NCBI GenBank assembly: GCA_021780305.1
Contig: JAJXYZ010000042.1
Coordinates: 1 to 38,845 of the forward strand
Length of the DNA: 38,845 bases
Reading direction: 5' to 3'
Source of the DNA: a bacterium
Lineage (GTDB): Bacteria > Patescibacteriota > Saccharimonadia > Saccharimonadales > Saccharimonadaceae
Part shown: positions 7,486-16,264 of the stretch, in pieces
Layout of the letters: each line of letters starts with the position of its first letter
Position numbering within the stretch: the first letter of the stretch is position 1
Notes under the pieces: generated by a model
Told to the model about the DNA's origin: nothing
The model's input: only the letters and a program-made list of their open reading frames with translations
The model's database searches: none
Translations under genes and position numbers: made by a program

Positions 7486-8621
7486 TAAGGCGAGTAATTT
7501 GGCGGATTGTCAGGTTTGGTTATGTTTATCTAATCAAGCCCCTCTTATTTATGATGTCGCCAGATAATGTCCATAGCCATACGATTAGTCAAATGTCTTT
7601 TTGGCAGAATGTACCAGGTTTTACGGCTTTAGTTAGACTGGTTTTTCAACAATCTTCATGCTCTGCCTTAAAACAGCAGTACCATAACGTGACATTCAAT
7701 AGTCCGGTCGGTTTATCGGCTGGATTTGATAAGAACGGTGAAATTATGCCAATTATTGCTAGCCTTGGGTTTAGCTTTGGTGAAGTTGGGTCTGTTACGG
7801 CTGATTCGTGTGAGGGTAATATTCGGCCATGGTTCTATCGATTACCTAAGACCAGATCACTCGTCGTCAATGCTGGGCTTAATAATCATGGGTCTGAGGC
7901 GATTATTAAGCGTCTTGCCAATTACTCAGATTCAGATTTAAGGGAATTTCCGATAATTCTATCAGTCGCAAAGACTAATAGCCAGAAAGTTATAAGTATT
8001 GAGCAAGGTATTAACGATTACGTGACAACAGCTCGTCGTGCCAAAAATCAGCCTAATATTAAAATGATCGAACTGAATATTTCGTGTCCAAATGCTTATG
8101 GCGGCGAAGATTTTACTAAGCCTGATGGCCTAGAACTTTTACTTACAGCGATTGATTCAATTAATTTAAAACAACCAGTATTTGTCAAAATGCCAGTTAA
8201 TCTGGATTTGTTAAAAGCCAAAGATTTACTAGATGTAATCGTAGGTCATAAGATAGCCGGCGTAACAATCGCCAACCTAGCAAAAAATCGGACTACTGCA
8301 AATCTAAAAGATGATCTGCCGTTATCGGTTGTTGGTAATTTAAGTGGCGAGCCGACTCGAGACTTAAGCAACGAGCTGATTAGGAGGACGTTTTTAGAAT
8401 ACGGCAAACGCTTAACTATCATTGGCGTAGGTGGTATATTTTCGGCAGATGACGCCTACGAGAAAATAAAATTAGGAGCCAGCCTAGTAGAATTGATTAC
8501 CGGTATGATTTTTGAAGGTCCACAGTTACCGTCACAAATCGAGGATGGTCTAAGAAGACGACTGCAAACCGACGGGTTTAATCACATCAGTCAAGCTATC
8601 GGTATTGATGCTAAACAATAA
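7482..8621 (+). CDS. pyrD: Dihydroorotate dehydrogenase-like flavoenzyme (class-2-type N-terminus, Cys catalytic base)
   Basis: Aligns by eye with E. coli PyrD: 'LIKPLLFMMSPDNVHSHT', 'GLSAGFDKNGE', 'GSVT', 'NAGLNNHG', 'ELNISCPN', 'GVGGI'. The start overlaps the VKOR stop (ATGA). Confidence 0.8.
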   Translation: MIRRVIWRIVRFGYVYLIKPLLFMMSPDNVHSHTISQMSFWQNVPGFTALVRLVFQQSSCSALKQQYHNVTFNSPVGLSAGFDKNGEIMPIIASLGFSFGEVGSVTADSCEGNIRPWFYRLPKTRSLVVNAGLNNHGSEAIIKRLANYSDSDLREFPIILSVAKTNSQKVISIEQGINDYVTTARRAKNQPNIKMIELNISCPNAYGGEDFTKPDGLELLLTAIDSINLKQPVFVKMPVNLDLLKAKDLLDVIVGHKIAGVTIANLAKNRTTANLKDDLPLSVVGNLSGEPTRDLSNELIRRTFLEYGKRLTIIGVGGIFSADDAYEKIKLGASLVELITGMIFEGPQLPSQIEDGLRRRLQTDGFNHISQAIGIDAKQ

Positions 8622-8666
8622 ACTTGATTAAGCCTGATAATTAGTGCAGAATGTGACGAATATCTA

Positions 8667-8672
8667 TATAAT
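8667..8672 (+). promoter_or_regulatory. -10 box TATAAT exactly 6 nt upstream of the crp-2 ATG (leaderless candidate)
   Basis: tataat-gtaatt-ATG with no SD. A TGTGA half-site sits at 8652-8656 just upstream. Confidence 0.4.
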
Positions 8673-8678
8673 GTAATT

Positions 8679-9296
8679 ATGCACGAAAAAATACAGAAGT
8701 TTTTTGAAGAGTTTGCTACTGAAGAATATCAAAAAGGCGAGATGATAATTTTTGCTAATATGAATCTTAAGTCAGTTTATTATATTGAATCTGGTACGGT
8801 TATTGAATACGACATTGCCCCAAGTGGTACGCGTGCTATCCTAAACACATTTAAACCACATGCCTTTTTTCCAATATCTAACGCTATAAATGAGATTGAC
8901 ACACCGTATTTCTATGAGGCGAGTGGCCCAGTTACGGTTAGAAAAGCTCCCGCCTTAGCTGTAGTTGAGTTTATAAAGAAGAATCCAGACGTTGCCTATG
9001 ATCTGCTTCGGCGAATTTACAGAGGTACGGATGGAGTTTTGGCGCGTCTGTCGGAGATGATGCGGGGTGATGCTGAAAGCCGTGTCTTAAAAGAAATAGA
9101 TATTATCAAGAAGCGGTTTGGTTTTGAGGTTGTTGATAATGGTGCTGAGCAATTAATTAAAAAGGTACCTGAAAAGGAATTGGCCGAACGAACGGGTTTG
9201 GCGCGCGAAACTGTCAGCCGAGCGATAAAAAAGTTGAAAACATCGGGTCAGCTTAAGATTCAAAAAGGCTATATTATTATAAGCAATTCAAAGTAA
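8679..9296 (+). CDS. Crp/Fnr-family transcriptional regulator (paralogue 2)
   Basis: Same domain order as paralogue 1. Shares 'YFYEASGPVTVRKAP' (compare 'YFYQAISPVEVRLAP') and the HTH 'EKELAERTGLARETVSRAIKKLK'. Confidence 0.8.
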   Translation: MHEKIQKFFEEFATEEYQKGEMIIFANMNLKSVYYIESGTVIEYDIAPSGTRAILNTFKPHAFFPISNAINEIDTPYFYEASGPVTVRKAPALAVVEFIKKNPDVAYDLLRRIYRGTDGVLARLSEMMRGDAESRVLKEIDIIKKRFGFEVVDNGAEQLIKKVPEKELAERTGLARETVSRAIKKLKTSGQLKIQKGYIIISNSK

Positions 9297-9344
9297 GGTT
9301 GATATATGGCTAATATCCGACCTTTAGTAGTATGATTGTAATAG

Positions 9345-9842
9345 ATGACATACGATGAAATTGTACGAATTATTGCCGATGGAGCTTTGGCGCCAGTTAT
9401 CTTAATTGGCTCTTATATGTTAATTTTTAAAATTCCAAAGGGGCAGCGATTCCAGGCTTACTGTCGAATTTTGTTAGCCGGTCTGACGGCTTATCTGCTG
9501 GCTAAATTAGCCGCAACCGTATATCAACCAGATATAGCACGACCTTTTGAGTTGCTCGGTCAACATGCTGGCGCTTTATTTTTGAATAATCCCGGGTTTC
9601 CATCTGATCATACCTTGTTTGCCACTGCGATAACCTGCGCTGTTTGGTTTGAGACCAAAAACCGCTCGGTTAGTTTGTTGCTTGCGGGATTGGTTGTATT
9701 AATATCGATTGGTCGTGTTTTGGCGCTTGTCCATACGCCTATAGACGTTATATTTGGTATTATTTTCGGGCTAGTCGGATCGCTTTGGTACTTTAATTCC
9801 AGACCGGCTGTCTATAAAAGTACGTCATCTTTGCAGAAATAA
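9345..9842 (+). CDS. PAP2-superfamily lipid phosphatase (BcrC/PgpB-like)
   Basis: 165-aa membrane protein with PAP2 motifs: 'ARP' (C1-like), 'PSDHT' (C2) and 'GRVLALVHTPIDV' (C3, SRxxxxxHxxxD-like). Confidence 0.7.
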   Translation: MTYDEIVRIIADGALAPVILIGSYMLIFKIPKGQRFQAYCRILLAGLTAYLLAKLAATVYQPDIARPFELLGQHAGALFLNNPGFPSDHTLFATAITCAVWFETKNRSVSLLLAGLVVLISIGRVLALVHTPIDVIFGIIFGLVGSLWYFNSRPAVYKSTSSLQK

Positions 9843-9889
9843 CAATTAGCGTATATACTATAATAAATTACTGAGGTAAGGGAGATAGT

Positions 9890-10375
9890 ATGGCTAAAGT
9901 TATAGTGGATGAAGGTCAAGTTCGCGAAGTCAGTCAATATTATATTTGGTGGCATTTAGCCCTGACCGGCGCTGGCTTGGGTCTTGTCTATTGGGTCATG
10001 ACTTATCTGGTTGGTCATTTTATTATCGATCAACTGTATTGCGGCAATTCGGTTAGTGCTATAACCTGCTCAAACTCAACCAGCATATCTGGGAATATAG
10101 CCGATATACTAGTTGCGGCAATTGGATTAGTTGTAATGGTTAGAATGAGGGTTTTTCGACCAATTATTATCGCAGTGGCTAGTGCAATTTTACTATGGGG
10201 CTTGGCCGGTTGGACGGAAGGCTTGTGGTTTCTAGAGGCAATTGTATGGTCTGTCCTATTATTTGCATTATGTTATCTTATGTTTTCGTGGGTTGGTCGT
10301 TATGCGCGCTCGACAGCGGTTCTGATTGCGGTACTAGTTATTGTGGTTATTGGTCGCATCGTACTAGCTCTATAA
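9890..10375 (+). CDS. Four-TM membrane protein, unknown function
   Basis: 161 aa. SD AAGGGAG upstream. Has four hydrophobic helices and an exposed loop with a Cys pair, 'CGNSVSAITC'. Confidence 0.5.
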   Translation: MAKVIVDEGQVREVSQYYIWWHLALTGAGLGLVYWVMTYLVGHFIIDQLYCGNSVSAITCSNSTSISGNIADILVAAIGLVVMVRMRVFRPIIIAVASAILLWGLAGWTEGLWFLEAIVWSVLLFALCYLMFSWVGRYARSTAVLIAVLVIVVIGRIVLAL

Positions 10376-10391
10376 GTGTTATACTTATGGT

Positions 10392-11465
10392 ATGAATGAG
10401 GTAATTTTACTGTTAATCTTGGCGGTTGTTTTAGTTGGTTTTGCGATTGTGCTTTACATCGTTAATCAGCGCATGCGCGAATTAAAGGCGGGTAGTGCGG
10501 TTGAGCTTTTAAAATCTGATGTGACCGAGTTGTCGCGTGGTATTAACAATTTGCAGCAGGCGATGGGCGACAAACTCGAACGTAATAATATGACAATGCA
10601 AACGTCGATGCAAAAGCAACTTAGTGAAAGTGCTAAATTAGTTGCCGATGTAACTCAGAGGCTGGCAAAACTGGACGAGACTAATCGCCGCGTCGTTGAT
10701 GTGGCTGATGAGTTAAAAACTCTTCAAAATGTACTTCAAAACCCGAAACAACGTGGTGTATTTGGTGAATACTATTTGGAATCTGTCCTTGAAAACATCT
10801 TACCTTCAAAAAATTATCAGATGCAATATCGATTTAAAGATGGTGAAATTGTTGATGCGGTAGTTTTTTTGGATAAGGGCCAAATTTTGCCAATCGATAG
10901 TAAGTTTAGCCTAGAGAACTATAACCGGATGGTGGGTGAAAATAGTAAACCCGAGCGAGAGAAATTGCTCGGTAAGGTTCGGTCTGACCTGAAGGGTCGG
11001 ATTGATGAAACCAGTAAGTACATTCGGCCCGGTGAAAATACGATGGACTTTGCCTTTATGTTTATTCCCAGTGAATCGCTTTACTACGATCTATTGATTG
11101 GTGATGTTGGTACTGGATCGAGCGCCCGCGATTTAATTGAATATGCCTTTCGTGACAAAAAGGTGATTATTGTTAGTCCGACTAGTTTTATGGCTTATCT
11201 GCAAACTGTTTTACAGGGCCTGCGAAGCCTGCAGATTGAAGAACAGGCTAAGGATATTCAAATCAGAGTTGGTAAGCTGGGCCAGCATATTGGTAGCTTC
11301 GAGCTGTTTATGCAGAAGCTGGGTAATTCGCTCGGTACAACGGTTAATCACTTTAATTCAGCCCATAAAGAACTTGGCAAGATAGACAAGGATGTCATTA
11401 AAATTGCTGGCAATAATCCATCAGTTGAGCCGCTGCTGATTGATAGACCGCGTGATGATATCTAG
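10392..11465 (+). CDS. rmuC: DNA recombination protein RmuC
   Basis: N-terminal TM plus coiled coil. The C-terminal nuclease-like core carries 'PKQRGVFGEYYLE', 'VDAVVFL...LPIDSKF' and 'FMFIPSESLYY', typical of RmuC. Confidence 0.85.
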   Translation: MNEVILLLILAVVLVGFAIVLYIVNQRMRELKAGSAVELLKSDVTELSRGINNLQQAMGDKLERNNMTMQTSMQKQLSESAKLVADVTQRLAKLDETNRRVVDVADELKTLQNVLQNPKQRGVFGEYYLESVLENILPSKNYQMQYRFKDGEIVDAVVFLDKGQILPIDSKFSLENYNRMVGENSKPEREKLLGKVRSDLKGRIDETSKYIRPGENTMDFAFMFIPSESLYYDLLIGDVGTGSSARDLIEYAFRDKKVIIVSPTSFMAYLQTVLQGLRSLQIEEQAKDIQIRVGKLGQHIGSFELFMQKLGNSLGTTVNHFNSAHKELGKIDKDVIKIAGNNPSVEPLLIDRPRDDI

Positions 11466-11480
11466 GTAAATTGATGTATA

Positions 11481-11514
11481 AAAATATCCCGCAGTTTGGC
11501 GGGATATTTTTTTA
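11481..11514. terminator. Bidirectional intrinsic terminator between convergent rmuC and the aquaporin gene
   Basis: AAAA-ATATCCCGC-agtttg-GCGGGATAT-TTTTTTT: a perfect 9-bp stem (11484-11492 / 11499-11507) flanked by an A-tract and a T-tract. Confidence 0.8.
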
Positions 11515-11527
11515 TTACTAAAACCAA

Positions 11528-12355
11528 TTAGTTTCGTGCAGCGTCGTTTTCGACTCGCAACAAGTCTTGCAAGAAGAAACCGATAACACCACCAATAACT
11601 GGCGCAAGCACGTAGACGGCTAGAGGCCACACACTCCATTTAACAGCTTGTAGTGAGAAAGCTACTGCTGGGTTTAGGATAGCGGTTCCGCTAACATATG
11701 AGGCAGCTGAAGCAGCTAACAGAAGGGCGATAAAAATACCGAGACCAACTGTAAAAGCTGATACTATTCGATCGCGCTTTTCACGAAGTGCGGTCGCAAC
11801 GGCAAATCCAAGGATAGCTGTACCGACTAACTCCGAGAAGAAGACGTACCATTCTTTACCGGCTGGTAAAACTGCGGCCTTAAATAAAGCAGGGGGGGCT
11901 TGACCGTATGCTTGGGCGGCGGCGTCGACTGGTGCGGCTCCACCAATGAAGGCGTTTAGCAAACCAAAGGCTGCAAGTCCACCGAGAATCTGCGCAACTA
12001 TATAGCCAAGTGCGCGTAATCCGCTGATGCGCTTAGTAGCCCATGCGCCAATTGTCATAGCTGGGTTGATATGAGCGCCCGACATTGCGCCAACCATAAG
12101 TACTACACCCGCGATGGCAAACAGTACGATAATTGGTTGACCTTGTCCTGCAATAACTGCAATGGCAAGTAGGAACGTACCGATGAATTCAGCGACAAGA
12201 GTGCCAATTAATGGTGCTCTCTTAAGAACTGAACTTACCAAACTTCGATCTTCGGTCGCTCGGACTGCTTTTACAGTTGATGTCTTCGTTGTGACAGTGG
12301 CCGGTTTGGTTGCGGACGCTTTTACTGACTTTTGAACAGCTTTTTTAGTAGCCAT
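11528..12355 (-). CDS. MIP-family channel (aquaporin/glycerol facilitator) with basic N-terminal extension
   Basis: Two NPA boxes ('HINPAMT', 'ILNPAVA') and six TM helices. A strong SD AAGGAGG 7 nt before the ATG supports the long N-terminus. Confidence 0.85.
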   Translation of the reverse strand: MATKKAVQKSVKASATKPATVTTKTSTVKAVRATEDRSLVSSVLKRAPLIGTLVAEFIGTFLLAIAVIAGQGQPIIVLFAIAGVVLMVGAMSGAHINPAMTIGAWATKRISGLRALGYIVAQILGGLAAFGLLNAFIGGAAPVDAAAQAYGQAPPALFKAAVLPAGKEWYVFFSELVGTAILGFAVATALREKRDRIVSAFTVGLGIFIALLLAASAASYVSGTAILNPAVAFSLQAVKWSVWPLAVYVLAPVIGGVIGFFLQDLLRVENDAARN

Positions 12356-12432
12356 TTATTTTCCTCCTTAAGTGAACATGGCTATAGTATAACACAACCA
12401 AGATGAGGGCAACATGGGTGTATACTAGGGTT

Positions 12433-12669
12433 ATGTCTATATTTGTACGTCAAGATGAGCAAAGAACGCAACTGCAAGAGCGAATTGCAGCCGAACTCCG
12501 TGAACGTTCAAAGCAAAATGCAAGTTCTGGTGATTTACCAGATGGCGTTAATGATTCGCAGTATATGAAAGGAACTAAACAAACTAGTAGCTTAGGTTGG
12601 TTGTGGATTCTAGTTGGGCTCGCGGTCGTTGGTGTGATAATTTGGCTGACGATTATTAGTGCCAAGTAA
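12433..12669 (+). CDS. Small tail-anchored membrane protein, unknown function
   Basis: Charged N-terminal region and one C-terminal TM ('LGWLWILVGLAVVGVIIWLTIISA'). ATG 12433 is preferred (TATACT 6 nt upstream); the track start 12403 remains possible. Confidence 0.4.
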   Translation: MSIFVRQDEQRTQLQERIAAELRERSKQNASSGDLPDGVNDSQYMKGTKQTSSLGWLWILVGLAVVGVIIWLTIISAK

Positions 12670-12726
12670 TTAACTGTAAGTTTTATCATACATCGTGATT
12701 GTTTTGAAGTATAATAATTAACAGTT

Positions 12727-13737
12727 ATGCAAAGTATTGATGATGTGCGCCGAATTCTTCTTGCCCAGGTTGCCGACAGTCAGGAGCCACGGGAAGTTTT
12801 AAAAGCCAAAGAACTCAAAGATCTATACGGTAAAATTTCTAATATCGATCCGTCAGAGCGAGCGGCTTTTGGCAAGAATGTAAATGATTTAAAAAATGAT
12901 TTAGAGTCAGCCATTAGGTCTCGTGAATCGATACTTCAGGACGCCACGGTTACGTCGCTTGATGTGACAGCGCCCTGGGATATTAATTCGTCGGAACCGG
13001 AATTATTGCCAACTGAATTTGGTACTAAGCATCCTTTGACTACAGAACTTGATGTCGTTATTGATATCTTTACAAGAATGGGCTTTGAGGCGATTGAATC
13101 TCGCCAAATTGATGACGATTTTCATATGTTTAGTGCGTTAAACTTTCCGGAAAATCATCCCGCGCGCGACGGTTACGACACATTCCGTACCGAAGAGAAT
13201 TTCATCCCACCAGCTCATACTAGTACTATGCAAAACCGTGTCTTAAAGGATGGCAAGGCAAAGCTTGAGGCGGGTGGACAGATTGCCGCGATTAGTTATG
13301 GTCGAGTTTTTAGAAACGAAGATGTCGATGCAACTCACGAACATACTTTTTACCAATGTGAAGGTATATTTGTCAGTGAGTCGGCTACACTTAGCGATAT
13401 GATTGGTACGCTGCGGGCATTTTTTGAGTCATACTATGGTCAGAGCTTAAAGGTTAAAACGCAACCAGCTTACTTTCCATTCGTCGAGCCAGGCATGGAG
13501 TTTGCTATTGAAAAGCCTGCTTCACTAGGGGGTAAGCCGGGTGAATGGCTAGAGATGTTGGGGTGCGGTATGATACACCCGAATGTGCTTAAAACTGCCG
13601 GAATTGACCCAAGTAAATATCAGGGTTTTGCCTGGGGTGGGGGTGTTGATCGATTGGTAATGTTGAAATATGGTATTGAAGATTTGCGTCATTTCGAGTC
13701 TGGTAAGTTGTCATTTTTAAGGAAGTTTAAATCATGA
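12727..13737 (+). CDS. pheS: Phenylalanine--tRNA ligase alpha subunit
   Basis: Class II aaRS core with 'FSALNFPENHPARD', 'AHTSTMQ', 'GRVFRNEDVDATHEHTFYQCEG' and 'GCGMIHPNVL...GFAWGGGVDRL'. Confidence 0.95.
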   Translation: MQSIDDVRRILLAQVADSQEPREVLKAKELKDLYGKISNIDPSERAAFGKNVNDLKNDLESAIRSRESILQDATVTSLDVTAPWDINSSEPELLPTEFGTKHPLTTELDVVIDIFTRMGFEAIESRQIDDDFHMFSALNFPENHPARDGYDTFRTEENFIPPAHTSTMQNRVLKDGKAKLEAGGQIAAISYGRVFRNEDVDATHEHTFYQCEGIFVSESATLSDMIGTLRAFFESYYGQSLKVKTQPAYFPFVEPGMEFAIEKPASLGGKPGEWLEMLGCGMIHPNVLKTAGIDPSKYQGFAWGGGVDRLVMLKYGIEDLRHFESGKLSFLRKFKS

Positions 13738-16220
13738 TTATTTCTGTAAACTGGTTAAAAAAATTTGTCGACATCGACTTGCCGATTGACGAGTTAGCGC
13801 AGCTAATTGGTGCTCGAATTGTTGAAATTGAAGAAGTGGTTGATCTTGGCGCAAAGTATAAAGATACGTTAATCGTGCGCGTGGTAGAGTGCGCGCCGCT
13901 AGAAGGCAGCGACCATCTCCATTTGACTAAGATCGACGATAGCGGCAATCGTCAAGATGTGGAGCGTGATGCAAACGGCTTAATTCAAGTTGTTTGCGGT
14001 GCTCCAAATATTCATGCGGGTATGTTAGCTGTTTGGCTGCCACCAAATTCAGTTGTACCGGATAGTTATGGCACGACTAGCCCATTTACGCTTACTGCTA
14101 AGCCGTTGCGCGGCGTTACTAGTAACGGTATGTTAGCTAGTGCGAAAGAACTAGCCTTATTTGAAGATCATACCGGTATTCTCGAAGTTGATAAAAATGC
14201 CGAAGCCGGTAGTTTGTTTGCGACCGTCTATGAACTCGATGATTATTTACTTGATATTGAAAATAAATCATTAACTCATCGCCCAGATACGTTTGGAATT
14301 ATTGGATTTGCGCGTGAAGTTGCGGCAGTTTTAGGTAAGCCATTCGTTACGCCCGAATGGCTGGTTGGGCTTGACCCTATGTACGGTGATAAGGCTGATG
14401 ATGTTGCTTCATTATCAGTTACTATCGAAAACCTTGAACTATGCGCAAGATATCAAGCCGTTGTACTAAGTGATGCAGAACCACTGCGTCAGTCGCCACT
14501 GGAAATCCAGACATACCTCTCTAGGGTCGGAGTAAGGCCGATTAATGCGATTGTCGATGTGACAAATTATCTTATGATGTTAACCGGCCAGCCACTACAT
14601 GCATTTGATTATGACAAACTCGTGAAAGTTGGCGGGGGCAAAGCTGATATACACGTTCGGTCCGGTAGGCAGAATGAAAAACTTGAACTTTTAGACGGTC
14701 GATTAATCGAGTTGAGTGAAAGTGATGTTGTAATTGCGGCTGGCGAAACGGCTGTTGGTCTGGCTGGCGCAATGGGCGGTTTAAATACTGTAATTGATGA
14801 AAACACGAAAAATATTATCGTCGAAAGTGCTACCTTTGATCTTTATAAACTACGCTCAACTCAAATGCGACACGGTATTTTTAGTGAAGCAATTACGCGC
14901 TTCACGAAAGGCCAGCCAGCTGAACTTACCGCTCCGGTTTTAGCCGAGGCCGTTAAACTAATGGGCGAGTGGTCTGGTGCAAATCGAGTTAGTGAAGTTA
15001 TTGAAGCTGTTGGCGTGCAAACTTCTAATAAACCGATTACCGTAACAGTTAGCCGCATTAATCACGTGCTAGGCACTTCATTTACTCAGGATCAGATTGT
15101 TAATACATTACGCTCGGTTGAATTTGCAGTTGTCGAAGATAGCGACAAGCTAACTGTCGGTGCGCCGTATTGGCGGGCTGATATTCACATTATTGAGGAT
15201 ATTATTGAAGAAATTGGTCGACTTACGGGTTTTGACTCAATTACTCCAACTTTACCAACTAGAGATTTTACAGCTGTTTCACCGTCCGAGTTTGATATAT
15301 TTCGAACAAAGTTACGTAACAGTTTAGTGCGAGCCGGTGCTAGCGAAGTGCTAACTTATAGTTTTGTGCATGGTGATATTATGCGAAAAGTCGGACAAAA
15401 CGTTGATAATGCATACCGTATAACAAATTCAATTAGTCCTGATTTGCAATATTATCGTCAGTCGCTAACGCCTAGTCTTTTAAACATAGTATTTCCAAAC
15501 GTCAAACAAGGTTACGGTCAATTTGCTATATTTGAAATTAACAAAGTACATCCGAAGTCGACGGGGTTAACAGACGAAAATGTGCCGGTAGAAATCGGTA
15601 GTATCGCTCTAAGCGTCGTTAATACAAAAGAACTAGCTGGAGCGGCATTTTATAAGGCTAAACGTATCTTGTCGTATATGACAACTCAACTAGGTATAAG
15701 TTTACGATTTGAATCAGTTTCGGGTGAGGATAGTTCAGAGGTTTTGGCGCCATTCGAGCCAAAGCGCCGTGCCTATGTTGTAACTGAGGATAACGTTAAA
15801 ATCGGTGTAATCGGTGAATATAAGAAGAGCGTGGCGGTTAACTTTAAACTACCAGTTTACGCAGCAGGTTTTGAACTAGAAACAAGTAAATTGTTTAACG
15901 CTGTCAGTCAAAAAAAGCCAAGTTATCAGCCACTGAGTCGTTATCCTGGAACTGAACGTGATATTTGTTTTAAAGTCGCGGCTGAAACTGAATATATAAA
16001 AATTGAAGCTGCGGTTAACTCGGTTTTGGATCAGACTGAACTTGAAACAAACTTGCAGCCAGTCGATATTTATCAGGCCGACGGCACTCAAACAAAAAAC
16101 ATTACACTTCGTATTTCTATAACAGCAAATGATCATACACTGACGGCTCAAGAAGCCAATCAACTAGTCGAACAGGTGTCGCGGTCTGTTACGGCAACAG
16201 CTGGCGCAACGGTTATTTAG
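13734..16220 (+). CDS. pheT: Phenylalanine--tRNA ligase beta subunit
   Basis: 828 aa. N-terminal 'ISVNWLKKFVD', then tRNA-binding, B3/4, B5 and FDX-ACB domain order. ATGA overlap with pheS. Confidence 0.95.
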   Translation: MIISVNWLKKFVDIDLPIDELAQLIGARIVEIEEVVDLGAKYKDTLIVRVVECAPLEGSDHLHLTKIDDSGNRQDVERDANGLIQVVCGAPNIHAGMLAVWLPPNSVVPDSYGTTSPFTLTAKPLRGVTSNGMLASAKELALFEDHTGILEVDKNAEAGSLFATVYELDDYLLDIENKSLTHRPDTFGIIGFAREVAAVLGKPFVTPEWLVGLDPMYGDKADDVASLSVTIENLELCARYQAVVLSDAEPLRQSPLEIQTYLSRVGVRPINAIVDVTNYLMMLTGQPLHAFDYDKLVKVGGGKADIHVRSGRQNEKLELLDGRLIELSESDVVIAAGETAVGLAGAMGGLNTVIDENTKNIIVESATFDLYKLRSTQMRHGIFSEAITRFTKGQPAELTAPVLAEAVKLMGEWSGANRVSEVIEAVGVQTSNKPITVTVSRINHVLGTSFTQDQIVNTLRSVEFAVVEDSDKLTVGAPYWRADIHIIEDIIEEIGRLTGFDSITPTLPTRDFTAVSPSEFDIFRTKLRNSLVRAGASEVLTYSFVHGDIMRKVGQNVDNAYRITNSISPDLQYYRQSLTPSLLNIVFPNVKQGYGQFAIFEINKVHPKSTGLTDENVPVEIGSIALSVVNTKELAGAAFYKAKRILSYMTTQLGISLRFESVSGEDSSEVLAPFEPKRRAYVVTEDNVKIGVIGEYKKSVAVNFKLPVYAAGFELETSKLFNAVSQKKPSYQPLSRYPGTERDICFKVAAETEYIKIEAAVNSVLDQTELETNLQPVDIYQADGTQTKNITLRISITANDHTLTAQEANQLVEQVSRSVTATAGATVI

Positions 16221-16264
16221 ATTACGATGGTCAGCTTAAGTTTGCTATAATGTAAGAAGTATTT

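Noticed and set aside
12670-12726. T-box leader upstream of pheS
   Set aside because: The spacer is only 57 nt and has a TATAAT box 11 nt from the ATG. That is far too short for a T-box (about 200 nt or more), and no T-box sequence is present.
14572-15058. Three 65-66-aa minus-strand ORFs inside pheT
   Set aside because: They lie fully antisense to a confidently identified, motif-rich pheT. Their products are Arg/Pro/Ser-rich low-complexity sequences typical of shadow frames, and none has an SD.
15876-16163. 95-aa minus-strand ORF at the 3' end of pheT
   Set aside because: It is antisense to pheT. Its Phe/Cys/Ile-rich composition is typical of the reverse frame of an AT-leaning gene, and it has no start context.
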